From Octopus vulgaris (taxonomy: Eukaryota), in contig OX597825.1 in NCBI GenBank assembly GCA_951406725.2, forward strand, positions 80,848,001 to 80,912,000: 64,000 nucleotides of DNA, given 5' to 3'. Of the stretch, positions 13,937-26,381 are shown piece by piece. A model generated the notes under the pieces. That model was not told where the DNA came from. It saw nothing but the letters and a program-made list of their open reading frames with translations, and ran no database searches. Made by a program: the position numbers and the translations under genes. Within the stretch, counting starts at the first letter, position 1, and each line of letters opens with the position of its first letter.

Positions 13937-14000
<64 letters not shown>

Positions 14001-14390
14001 CTGTATACAGACACACATGTATTCATACACATACACACGCATATATATTTCGATCAAGTGTTAGAATATGTATACTAGTGTAAAGTAATCATGACCAAAT
14101 CCATGAAAACTGATATCGGACTCACCACCAACTCATTCAAAATCTGATACACCCACCACATGTTTTCTTTCAGACAACTTCCAGACACAATGTTCCCCTT
14201 CCATCCTATATTTGATACCTCATAATCAAAACTGCATCGAGTAAGAAAATATGGGAGATAGCAAGGAGAGGCAATTCTTGTATTCGTGACGACACTCTAT
14301 TCAACACACACTTCGAAAGATTGTCTTTATGCAACAATAAAGGCTTTAAAACGTACAAAGATATCAAATCCACGTCATACTTACAGGAAT

Positions 14391-14808
14391 ATACCTATTT
14401 CTTTACTACCCACAAGGGGCTAAACACAGAGGGGACAAACAAGGACGGACAAACGGATTAAGTCGATTATATCGACCCCAGTGCGTAACTGGTACTTATT
14501 TAATTGACCCCGAAAAGATGAAAGGCAAAGTGGACCTCGGCGGAATTTGAACTCAGAACGTAGTGGCAGACGAAATACCTATTTCTTTACTAACCACAAG
14601 GGACTAAACACAGAGAGGAAAAACAAGGACAGACAAACGGATTAAGTCGATTATGTCGACCCCAGTGCGTAACAGGTACTTATTAATCGACCCCGAAAGG
14701 ATGAAAGGCAAAGTCGACCTCGACGGAATTTGAACTCAGAACGCAGCGGCAGACGAAATACTGCTAGGCATTTCGCCGGCGTGCTAACGTTTCTGCCAGC
14801 TCGCCGCC
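14391..14808 (-). mobile_element. SINE family B head-to-tail dimer with a single target-site duplication
   Basis: A full monomer (about 14576-14808) is joined to a 5'-truncated monomer (14391-14580). The pair is flanked by tacaggaatatacct (14382-14396) and tacagaaatatacct (14812-14826). Confidence 0.88.
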
Positions 14809-15368
14809 TTCTACAGAAATATACCTGCCCACGCATGTATAGACGAATGAACAAATCCTCTATGACATTTTTCATATAGATATGTTTGAAGAAAGATAGA
14901 GATAGATATACAGATAATAGAGATAAAACAGTCGAATGGAAATTCAGAAGGATTTACAGAAGACAGTATGAGGGATTAACACAAGAATGAACTGAAGCGG
15001 AATAACTAATCGCGAGCGACTTACAGCGTTCGATTGAGAAGTGAAAGACAAGATAAAATGAAACCGTGTATCTTAATTATCACAGTTCCTGCGCTCTTAA
15101 CGTGACCAGAGGATTAGTTAAAACTACGATATCATTGAAAGAGATCAGTTTTATGATTATAATGTAAATTATACCATGCGATTTGAAATGTGTGGATCAG
15201 AATAGGGAAATAAAATATAGCGAAATAAAAACTGCAACAGAAGCTTTTAGCAAACGGAAATGGAAGGACTCAAAATTATGTCGTCTGCTCGATATATATG
15301 CCGTTTGTTTATTCGTTTATGTTGTGTAAGTATGCATGTATGTGTGTGTGTGTGTGTGTGTGTTTGTG

Positions 15369-15415
<47 letters not shown>

Positions 15416-15602
15416 TGTGTGTGTACGTATACACGTATGTGTGAGAGGTAAGCGTATAGTAGAAATAAATACCGAAGCAACACAGGCATATGCTGTTTCA
15501 CAGTCAAGAACACACATACACACACGCATAAATACATACATAAATACATACATGAATGCACACATACACACACTTATCTTTATGTGTGTGTGCGTGTATG
15601 GG

Positions 15603-15649
<47 letters not shown>

Positions 15650-15723
15650 CGTAGAAATTGATATTGACACAAAATATGGATATATGCTCACACACACATA
15701 CACACGAAGATAAATATATTGAG

Positions 15724-15765
<42 letters not shown>

Positions 15766-16553
15766 GGGCCAGAAAGACAGTCACACAGATAAACATAGAG
15801 AAAGAGAGAGAAATAATTTTTATGACATCGATAAACAGAAAAGAATCCTGCGACATTTTATTTTCAAAACTGACAGATAACATAATTTCTAAATAATCCT
15901 AAATAGTTAAGGTACAATCCATTTTAAAATGTTAACGAGATAAAATTGTTCTGTAAAAAAAAAGAAAACGAAAGCAATGTTATTATTTGAGTAAAATTAT
16001 ATTAATTTTTGTTACCAAAATAATATAGCAGACTTCGAACATGTTCCGGTCTTATCATGACCTCTTCAACCTAGAAGAGAATTAAAGAATTGGAGATGAG
16101 AAAATCACAAAAAAAAATTTCAAGAATGTATTTCTTAGAGCATCAAACTAGATTTGTTTAGAGAAGAAATTATTTAGAGCTGCAATTTACATGTAAAACA
16201 ATAGCTCCATCCGAATGAGAAAGAAAAATTAGGGTTTATAATATTTGTACAAGGATTTTGATTCTGTTGCTGGAGGGCAGGAGGGCGGAAAACGTCCACA
16301 TACAGGACGTACACAACACATTTATTGCTGTTACCTTTACTGTTAGCAAGCTAGGTGATTCGTATTGAACGTGGTTATCTCCCCTGATCAAAGCACTCTC
16401 GAGAAAGAAATATGAATGGTTATTAGCTCTTAAGTCAAGGCATTGATTCGCTTCATTTATTTTTCATGGCGTTTGAGTCTCTCTCTCTCTCCATCTATCC
16501 ATCTCCTCTCTTTGTATATATACACGCAGATATATAGATAGATGCATCTATAA

Positions 16554-16607
<54 letters not shown>

Positions 16608-16784
16608 CTACACACACACATTTATATACCTATAAGTATAATATGTATAATATGTATGCATGTATTCCTATATGTGTATGTATATACATATATGCATGTG
16701 TTGATGCGTGCGTATAAACGTGTATATATACATATATATGTATGCATGAATGTGTGCATGTATGCATGCATGTATGTATGTATT

Positions 16785-16846
<62 letters not shown>

Positions 16847-16989
16847 TATATACATATATGCAGGTGTATATATACACGCGTATACGTACATGAACCTATG
16901 CAAGAAGAGATGGAAACATTGAGAGATATTTATCTATACGTAAAGATAGATAAATAGACTGATAGAGAAGTAGATAGGTAGATTACAAC

Positions 16990-17047
<58 letters not shown>

Positions 17048-17242
17048 TGTGTGTGTGTGTGTATGTTTGTATACGTGTATGTATGTATGTATATATGTAT
17101 AATAGAGTTCACATCATAGAATGGAAATGTAGGCGGCTTTGAGAAGACACCGAGATGGATTAAGATAAGAAGTATCAGAGGTGAAACATCGTACCTAGAT
17201 TATATTTAGATATGATATTGCATGGAGAAGGAGAGAAGAACG

Positions 17243-17287
<45 letters not shown>

Positions 17288-17802
17288 CCAGCCAGATAGA
17301 CAGGTAGAGAATAACTGCTCGTATCGTAGTAACTGCGGTTGCTACTATATTCTTAACGCTATCTAAGATTAGATAACACTGTACTGAGATTAAAAGCGAT
17401 CAGTCTTATGATTTCTATAATATAAAACGAATTATGTGTTTTGAAAAGTTTGGATTAGAAGAAGGAAGTCCAAATATTAAATGAATCTCTGTAGATTTCA
17501 ATCAAACACAAACCTGATCGATTGAATATAACACACGATATCGATATCTGTGGGGGTTTATTATATGATATCTTTTTTTTTTAATGTAGCTTTTCTTTTA
17601 TTGTAGCATTTTATATTGTAGATGGATGTTTGATGGAAGAGAGCGTGAGAATAAACCGTCGGTGTTTTTGGCTTTGTTTAATGTTTATAAAAATACGCAG
17701 ACTGTTAGTCATTAATCATTATCAAGTAAAAGAGTACACACACACACACATCGACACACAGACTCAGACACACGCACACATTTTATATATATATATATAT
17801 AT

Positions 17803-18004
17803 AGTCGCCATGATAGATCGGTAGCCACTACACACATTTTTTTCTCTCCCTCTTTCTCTCCTCGTTTCTTTCTGTATTCCTTTCTGTGGAAGAGCGTAGG
17901 CTCGAAACATAAACGACTTTTTTCAATTCCCGAGCGTTATACTAAAACATCTGTTTGTTTTCTACACCACCTGTCTTCGTCTTTTGTTTTTTTTCGTGAA
18001 TTCT

Positions 18005-18008
<4 letters not shown>
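17803..18008 (+). mobile_element. Family E1 hammerhead-bearing element between two (TA)n tracts
   Basis: Leader atgatagatcggtagccacta, motif ctttCTGTGGAagagcgtaggctcGAAACataaac (17880-17915), the E1 body, then (TA)n. Confidence 0.8.
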
Positions 18009-18064
<56 letters not shown>

Positions 18065-19223
18065 GTAAGTAGAGTCAGAAGGTTGTAGTAACCGACTAAG
18101 GGATAAAAGTATCCGTATTTACTATCGGTATCAATTACCTACGCTATTCCTGGGCATGGGTATGCAGGTACACTATGCTCATAGGATACAGGTAACAATA
18201 GAAAAAACAGAAGTTTATCAGGAATCAAATTTAAATAATCAGAAAATGGAGAAAACTTTTGATCAACAAATAAACAATTAGACCACATCAGTAGATTACT
18301 TTTTTAATGCAAACCATGACATAATATATTTATGACATAACATTTCTTACGGCCGTTTCCGCTTTCAATATTAGTTTATTTTCGAAATTCTTTCGTAACC
18401 ACCAACTAATATGTATTACTAGGGGGGGGGGGAACCACCAATATGTATCAACAAAGGAATATGCGCATTTATGTGTGTTCGTACGTATTGCGTTCAGGTT
18501 CGTGCATGTCTGTGTGCGCATCTGTACCTTTGAATACGCATGACATTGCAGAAACACATGCAATTCAACTTCGTATTCATAAGGTCCCTTATGTCAAGAA
18601 AATAAGATTGATTGCGGTCTACTTCCGGTATGTATTTTAATGACACCGCACACATGGAAAGCAAGTATCCAATCCCTGATTGATTTCGAATAAGATACAG
18701 GAAGCTCCGTATTTTCGTTACCGTTTAATCGTTTCATTCGACTCATCACCACCATTATTACAATCACCACCACGTGTGTCACCACTGGTTTTATCATCAA
18801 TACCATCGTCACCACTACGATCGTTGTAAAATCTATCCAGTTATTCCTAATGACAAATAAAAAATTCATAACAAACACGCAAACAAACGTACAAATAGAC
18901 AGAAGTAATTAAAATTACAATAAAAAAACTGCCAACACTAATGTATCATTTCAACATGGCGTCGTTTGGTTCTTTAGGACCAACCGACGTCAGGTTAAAA
19001 TAAGAGCCAGGAAATACGATGGCGTCGAAGATGCGGAGGTAAATTTATGTCGCAGTTGTTCTGACTGTCTGTGTTGGAAATACACAGAGAGAGAGAATTG
19101 GATTGCAAAGAAAGAAACCATACGGACAAATTAGTAGCTACGACATAACACAGAAGCAGAACGTGACTGTGGATAATGAGTTCGGTTGACGGTGAATTGA
19201 ATGAAAGAGCAAAAGAATAACAG

Positions 19224-19257
<34 letters not shown>

Positions 19258-19348
19258 CACCACCACCACCACCACCACCACCACTACCACCACCACCATC
19301 ACCACCACCACCACCACCACCACCACCACCACCACCACCACCACCACC

Positions 19349-19389
<41 letters not shown>

Positions 19390-19489
19390 AACCACCACCA
19401 CCACCACCACCACCACCACCACCACCACCACCACCACCACCACCACCACCACCACCACCACCACCACCACCACCACCACCACCACCACC

Positions 19490-19536
<47 letters not shown>

Positions 19537-19589
19537 AACCACCACCACCACCACCACCACCACCACTACTACTACTACCACTACTACTT

Positions 19590-19644
<55 letters not shown>

Positions 19645-19713
19645 CACCACCACCATCGTCACTGCCCTCCAACAACCACCACCACAACAACATCAACAAC
19701 AACAACAACAACA
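19224..19713. repeat. Compound (CAC)n/(TAC)n/(CAA)n trinucleotide array
   Basis: Alternating blocks seen directly in the sequence. Confidence 0.95.
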
Positions 19714-19715
19714 GT

Positions 19716-20690
19716 AACGATTTCATTTATTTGCCACAAGGGCGAAGGATGAGGTGGGGGCAGTACAGAGACTGACATAGGGTGTGTGTGTTTACATATA
19801 ATAATGAAATGATTAAAAAAAAAGAAAAAAGAAAATATAAAAAAGTATTCGCGGTATACACAGGAAAGGAAGGGACATATGCATAGCATACAAAGGTAAA
19901 AAAAGAAAAGAAAAGGTGGGGGAGGATGATTGAGAACGCCTCTAGGGATAATCAAGGAACCCCTCTGTCCGAGATTTCGAGAAACCCCACTGTCCGAGAT
20001 TTCTCTGAAACCCCAGGAGCAAGTGCCCTTTCCAATTCCTTCTCTCCGACTCAAAGGTCTATACCCAGAAAGGTACCATCCACTCTTGCCATTTTCGCAA
20101 CTGTCACTCACCTTTCAATAATCTCACTCGAGGACAGCTCTTCCCTCTCCACTCTCAATTTCCTTTTCAAGTGAAATCTGAAGAAGTTAATGAGAGCTCT
20201 ACCAAAGAGGAATGTATCTGTCCTCATGCCTTTCGGCCTTGTCCAGTAAACAACCTCTTTCGCCACAGCTACCAGGCAAAGGAAAACTGCCTTGCCTGCC
20301 CGATTGAAGGATGGCGGTAAGGTGATCATCACTACAGACTCGGCTGACAAACGGATCCGTCCCACATGTGACAGTAGCTTTTCAACATAATCCCACATGT
20401 CAGTGATGCCCGGACACTGGACGAGGACTACAGAACGGTTTCGTCACTCTGCGCGCACCTCGGACAAGTCGTCCGTCTGACAGCACACCCGTGCCTCTAG
20501 AGTTTATCTCGGAACCGGTAGCACCTCTCAGTAGCACTGCAGGGCCAAGGACATCTAGAAATTATCCATGATAGTTCCTGACCGGGAAGTCCTCCGGAAC
20601 AGACTAGCCAGTTCGTTCTCGTCGGCGCCCAGAGTCTCCCCGAGAACGTCGTCGCATTTCCCCGCCACTAATCCTCTACAAATTTCCAAA
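19716..20690 (-). mobile_element. 5'-truncated Tx1/L1-like LINE: ORF2 C-terminus with zinc knuckle, plus 3' UTR
   Basis: A GC-rich island whose minus-strand translation across lesions gives LQCY.EVLPVRDKL.RHG..V...CPRCAQSDETVL..LVQCPGITDMWDYVEKLLS... (zf-RVT-type CPxC..ET..H...C). AATAAA at 19726-19731 on the minus strand precedes (TTG)n. Confidence 0.8.
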
Positions 20691-20694
20691 GCAC

Positions 20695-20737
20695 CAGTAG
20701 CAACAACAACAACAGTAGCAACAACAACAACAGTAGC

Positions 20738-20805
<68 letters not shown>

Positions 20806-20850
20806 CGACAACAGCAGCAGCAACAACAACAACAACAGTAGCAACAACGA
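20695..20850. repeat. (CAA)n microsatellite
   Basis: Seen directly in the sequence. Confidence 0.95.
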
Positions 20851-21175
20851 TTATGGCAACGAGTGTGACAATGAAGGAACTTTGGAAAATGTAGAAATAT
20901 GAATAACAACGACGATAATAAAAGTAACAAGAACAAAAATGGTGAAAGACTGGGAAAAGGTAGAGACGTATATATTATACAACAGCAGCAACAACAACAA
21001 CAGCAGCAAGAATTCCAACAACAATAACGATAGTAGCAACAACATCTGAGAGCCGTCTCGAGGAAGCGTTCTGCATGGTTGCTCCACGTGCTGGACACGT
21101 TTACCGAAATTTTACAGTAAAGCAAAAAATATATTTCTGGATTGAGAGGGAATTTTTGAAATGCGTTTGGTTCGC

Positions 21176-21374
21176 CTCGTCGTCGTCGTCGTTGTCGTTG
21201 AATTCATCATCATCATCATCATCATCATCGTCATTATCGTCATCATAGTCGTCGTCGTCATCATCATCATCATCATCATCATCATCGTCATCATCATCAT
21301 CATCATTATCATCGTCGTCATCATCATTATCATCGTCATCGTCATCATCATCATCATCATCATCATCATCGTCG

Positions 21375-21415
<41 letters not shown>

Positions 21416-21525
21416 GTCATCATCATTATCATCATCGTCATCGTCATCATCATCATCATTTAACATCATCATCATCATCATCATCGCCATCATCATCACC
21501 AGCAGCAGCAGCAGTAACAACAATA
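21176..21525. repeat. (CAT)n/(CGT)n microsatellite
   Basis: Seen directly in the sequence. Confidence 0.95.
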
Positions 21526-21816
21526 ACCTTAACAGAAATGAAAAATTCTTCAACAGTTGTGCCTCGAAGAGAACTGGTCCTTTGTTTTTTAAAATTTTTA
21601 TCTTACTAGCGACATCAGATCCTTTATTCAATATTCATTCATCTGAGAAGAAGAACCGAGTGTTTCGGAGCTTTCGGGGGAGAAAATGGGAATCATGTTA
21701 AAAAACAAAAATAGAAAGGGATCACCAAATAAGAAGAGAAAAAGGAGGGGGAAAACCCTTTCTCTGCATCCCTACTGAAAGAGAAAATGTGTGGATGCTG
21801 TTCAATATTTCACAAA

Positions 21817-22005
21817 AGGCGAGCTGGGCTTAGCGGCATTTTGGCTGGCGTCATTCACGTTCTGAGTTCAAATTCCGCCGAGGTCGACCATGCCCTTTAT
21901 CCTTTCAGAGTCGATAAAATAAGTACCAGGTAGGTCCTGGGGTCGATGTAATCGATTTACATCTTCCCTCAAACTTGCTACCCTTGTGTGAAAATTGAAA
22001 ATCAA
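21817..22005 (+). mobile_element. SINE family B, diverged
   Basis: ggcgagctgg...acgttctgagttcaaattccgccgaggtcgacc...cgataaaataagtaccag...ctggggtcgatgtaatcga. Confidence 0.8.
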
Positions 22006-22348
22006 TATTTCATAAAAGGGAGATTGGCCTGCGGAGGCTTTTTCCGAAGTGATGTGATGGAGTAGAAGCGGCATTTTGTTGTTTCGCGAGTCGCGTAGGA
22101 AGGTACATTAATTCTCATCTTCACAGCCTGTCTCTGCACCAAGATGACAACTTACCACTCACCACATCTGCTGCATCAATCAATAGGGATTTTAGAAGAT
22201 TTTCTGAGAGGTGATCGATTTTTCGAACTTTCTCTTAGAGAATATTCAGAAACGGGGGATTTAATGGAATTTCAAGTACCGATTACAGCAGAAATTATAG
22301 AACAAATTCCTGGTTAATTTTTAATCGAAATGTTTTATAAATTACATA

Positions 22349-22737
22349 CAGTAGAACCTCACAGTACGAGTGCTCCATTGTACGACTAACTTGCTTTACG
22401 AGCCGAGGCCCTTGATAATTTTTGTCTTGAAGTACGAGAGGAAACCCTTAGTACGAGCGCACAAATCGCCCCACTTTTAAGGTAATTCAGTTCATAAAAC
22501 CAGTTTACACATTTCTTTTGCATTCCCTTTTTTTCATAATTGTCTTTTTACTTGTAACTACACCTCTTCTGTTTCAAAAACCCACAAAAAATTATTTTTG
22601 AGTGATTTTGGTAGGCTGGAACGGATTAATTATATTTTAGTTAATTTCAATGGAGGCAAATTGATTTGTAAAACAAATAAATTGTAAGACGAGCTTGGTC
22701 ATGGAACGAATTAAACTTGTACTGCAAGGTATCTCCG
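22349..22737. mobile_element. pogo/Tigger-like MITE
   Basis: The left end ta|cagtagaacctcacagtacgag and the right end cttgtactgcaaggtatctccg|ta are imperfect inverted repeats with TA flanks. No ORF is present. Confidence 0.65.
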
Positions 22738-22941
22738 TATTTTAAAAAATATATCAGGATTTCATAGAATCATTTAATTAGTTTGGGTAATCAGGTGTAT
22801 AGTTTTAAATTATTCAACATGAAAATATTTTGTGTAACTCTTCAGTTGCTCGCACTATAAAATAAAATAACAGCCAGTAGTAGTAGTAGTAGTAGCAGTA
22901 GTAGTAGTAGTAGTAGCAGTAGTAGGAGTGGTAGTAGTAGC

Positions 22942-22979
<38 letters not shown>

Positions 22980-23023
22980 CAGCAGCATCAGCAGCAGCAG
23001 CGTTAGTAGTAGTGGTGGTAGTG

Positions 23024-23055
<32 letters not shown>

Positions 23056-23628
23056 TAGAATAGCTGCTGCTGCTGCTGCTGATGATAAGATGGTAGCATT
23101 CATAGTGGTGGCAGTGGTGGTGCGAGTGGTTTTCTTCTGTTATTCAGCAAATGGTAAACATCTTTAGAGATCTCACCCCAGGCATTCTCCACTCTTTGTA
23201 GATTGCTCATTATCCAGATTGTTCACACATATGTACGCACGTAAGTACGTACGTACGTGTGTATATGTATGTGTGTATGTATGTATGTATGTATGTATGT
23301 ATGCATGTATGCATGTATGTATGTATGTATGTATGTATGTACGTATATATAGTTAGTTGCGTGAATACTCATATGTTTACACGCATACATAAATACATAC
23401 ATGCATACATATACACTCACATACATATACACACATCCATATATAGATAATACATATGTATGTGTATATACATACACGATATATATATATATATATATAT
23501 GTGTGTGTATGCATACACTCATATATACATACGCTCATATATATATATATATACACACGCACACACGTACAGACAAAGGTATATACTGATACATTCATAC
23601 ATACGCCCATACACTCACATATTTTTTT

Positions 23629-23668
<40 letters not shown>

Positions 23669-24340
23669 CATGCTCGCATCTATTTATCTATCTGTCTATA
23701 TCTATACCTATCTTTCTGCTTTTCTTTCTTTCTTTATATACGTACATACATACATACATACATACGTACATACATACATACATACATACATACATGCATA
23801 TATGCATACAAACATATATACATTGCATACATATGTGTATACAGTGGAAGCCACCTGCAGTGACAACTTTGAGATATTTTTGTTTAGATAATAATTATCA
23901 ACTGATAACATAAAGACGACGACGATAGAAACAACAACCTGAGTGGATTTGTGACCAACATTTTGAAAACAGTAACCGTTTGATAACATTTCGTTACGTA
24001 CCGGTTCTTGACGAAGGTGAAATGCTCTTAGTCTTTGTATGTCCTCGAAACCGGTGAACTTGATATCATTTTTCTACTGTTCGATTTGTTGTCGGTCAGC
24101 ACCTGCAGAAAAGACTGGAGCAGGGTGAAGATTTCAAGGGATGATGTTATAAGACTGTGCATAGTTAGCGTAGCACCGAGGAGGTGTGGTACGTTAATAG
24201 TGACGAGACTTGAGTAAATCAATGGGTTGAGGATACCTGTGTGGGAGAGTTAGGAGATCAGTCAGATCCGAAGATTAGATGGTGTTGTCGTTGCGATAAA
24301 AGAGATAGATTGATATATCTAGGAAGAGAAAGTGAGAGAA

Positions 24341-24379
<39 letters not shown>

Positions 24380-24587
24380 CAGAAAGCGTGCGAGATTGAG
24401 AGAAAATGAGAGAGAGAAATGTAAGGAAAATATAGAGATGAGAGAGAGAGAGAGTAAGCGAATGAGGGAGATCGCGAGTGAGAGAGAGCGCGAGGGAGTG
24501 AGAAGGAACGAAAATGAGAAAGAGAATGCGATAGAGAGATAGAGAGGGTGAGAAAGATAGAGCGAGAGAGTGAAAGAGAGCATGATA

Positions 24588-24640
<53 letters not shown>

Positions 24641-25544
24641 CGAGCGAGAGTGTGAGAAAGACGGAAATAGTGAGAGAATGAAAGAGAGAAAGAGAGGGAG
24701 AGAGAGCATCTTTTTGTAAGATTCACATAAACATTGTTATATTAGTTGTTTGTACATCGAAAGATATTCAATGGACTGAAATGAAATGAAGACTATTAAG
24801 TGTTAATGAAAATTATTTTAAAAAGATATAAGGGGAGCTAACTATCGATATTGCAATTTCGGGATTTCTTACTCTTATCCTTTTTGAGGGCAATTTTCAT
24901 TACTGTTAATGGCCTATTCATGTAATTTTAGTAACAGTTTTTATTAAATGGCAATATTTTCAAAGAAAGCGAACAAGCGGAGTCGGTAAAGTTTTGGTTT
25001 AAACGAAGAATAACGCCTCACAGTATTTGCTCCGATTCTCTGGGCTCTATCTTAAAATGCTGCAGAAGTCCACTTCGCCTTTCATCTTTTCGGGTGGATC
25101 AACGAGAAAAAGAAAAGAAAAGAATCTACCCGTTTGAGTGGGGTTGACTGGCAGAATTGTTTGAGCTTAGGACGGAATGCCTTATGGGTTCTGCACAAGT
25201 CTTGTACATTCTAAGCACAAGTCCAGCCCCGTCTACCCCATCAAAAAAAAAAACACACACACCCCACCAATGGTGACATTTCTGCCAGGTGTTGTTAACA
25301 ACAGATCGTATAAGAAAATTTCAAAAAGACAAAAAAAAAACAACAACAAAAACCAATAGAAATATAGCTAGAATGGTTCGATCGGTAGATCGATTGTCAC
25401 CATAACAAGATTATCCGTTTCACTACCTTAAGTATGAAGTCTGCACTTGACGATATTTTCTTCATGCATAGGAGACTCTTGAAAAAACTTAGCAATGTCA
25501 TTATTTGTGATTGAATAACTGTAGATTAATCTGTATTTTGATGT

Positions 25545-26280
25545 CGGTGGTGGTGGTGGTGGTGTCGGTGGTGGTGGTGGTGGTGGTGGTGGTGGTGGTG
25601 GTGGTGGTGGTGGTGGTGGTGGTAGTGGCGGTGGTGGCGGTGAAGGGCGTTACTCAAGCACTGATAACAGGATAGAGAAAGGAGAAGTAGAAGAAGAAAG
25701 AGAAAAGGACAAAGAACAAGGAGTGGAACAAAGAACTAGTAGTAGTAGTAGTAGTAGAAGGAGTAATAGTTGTAGTAGTAGTAGTGTTAGTAGTAGTAGA
25801 AAAAAGAATAAGGAGAAGAAGTAGTTGTAGTAGTTGTAGTAGTAGAAGAAGAAGAAGTAGTAGTAGTAGTAGAAGGAGTAGTAGCAGAAGAAGAAGGATT
25901 AGTAGTTGTAGTAGTAGTGGTAGTAGTAGTAGTAGTAGTAGTAGAAGAAGAAGAAGAAAAAGAAAGAGGAGTAGTAGGAGAAAGAGTAGAAACAGAAGGA
26001 TTAGTAGTAGTAGTAGTAGTAGTAGTAATAATAGTAGTAGTAGTAGAAGAAGAAGAAGAAGAAGAAGAAGAAGAAGGAGTAGTAGTAGTAGTAGTAGTAG
26101 TAGTAATAATAGTAGTAGTAGTAGAAGAAGAAGAAGAAGAAGAAGAAGAAGAAGAAGAAGAAGAAGAAGAAGAAGAAGAAGAATGAGAAGAGTAAAAGAA
26201 GGAGGGAGAAAGAAGAAGAAATAGAAGTAGAAGGAGAAGGAAAAGAAGAAGAACGAGGAGTAGAAGAAGAAGAAGAAGAA
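25545..26280. repeat. Compound (GGT)n/(TAG)n/(AAG)n array
   Basis: Seen directly in the sequence. Confidence 0.95.
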
Positions 26281-26381
26281 ATTCTCACAACGAGATATAT
26301 TTGTAAATTCATAGGAAGCCATATTGAAGACAATAATACGCCATGTCGAAACGAAAATGTGATAAAATCATTATTTGTTAC

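Noticed and set aside
18955-19075. CpG-rich patch with two ATGGCG starts, a possible first exon or promoter
   Set aside because: The frames are very short and nothing else in the sequence supports it.
18995-19752. Long poly-Gly/Ser, poly-Val and poly-His/Tyr ORFs
   Set aside because: They derive from the (CAC)n/(TAC)n array and are open in several frames on both strands.
22085-22340. Possible Penelope GIY-YIG remnant (CSRCGEW*V on the minus strand)
   Set aside because: Only one short motif is present amid many stops, which is insufficient for a call.
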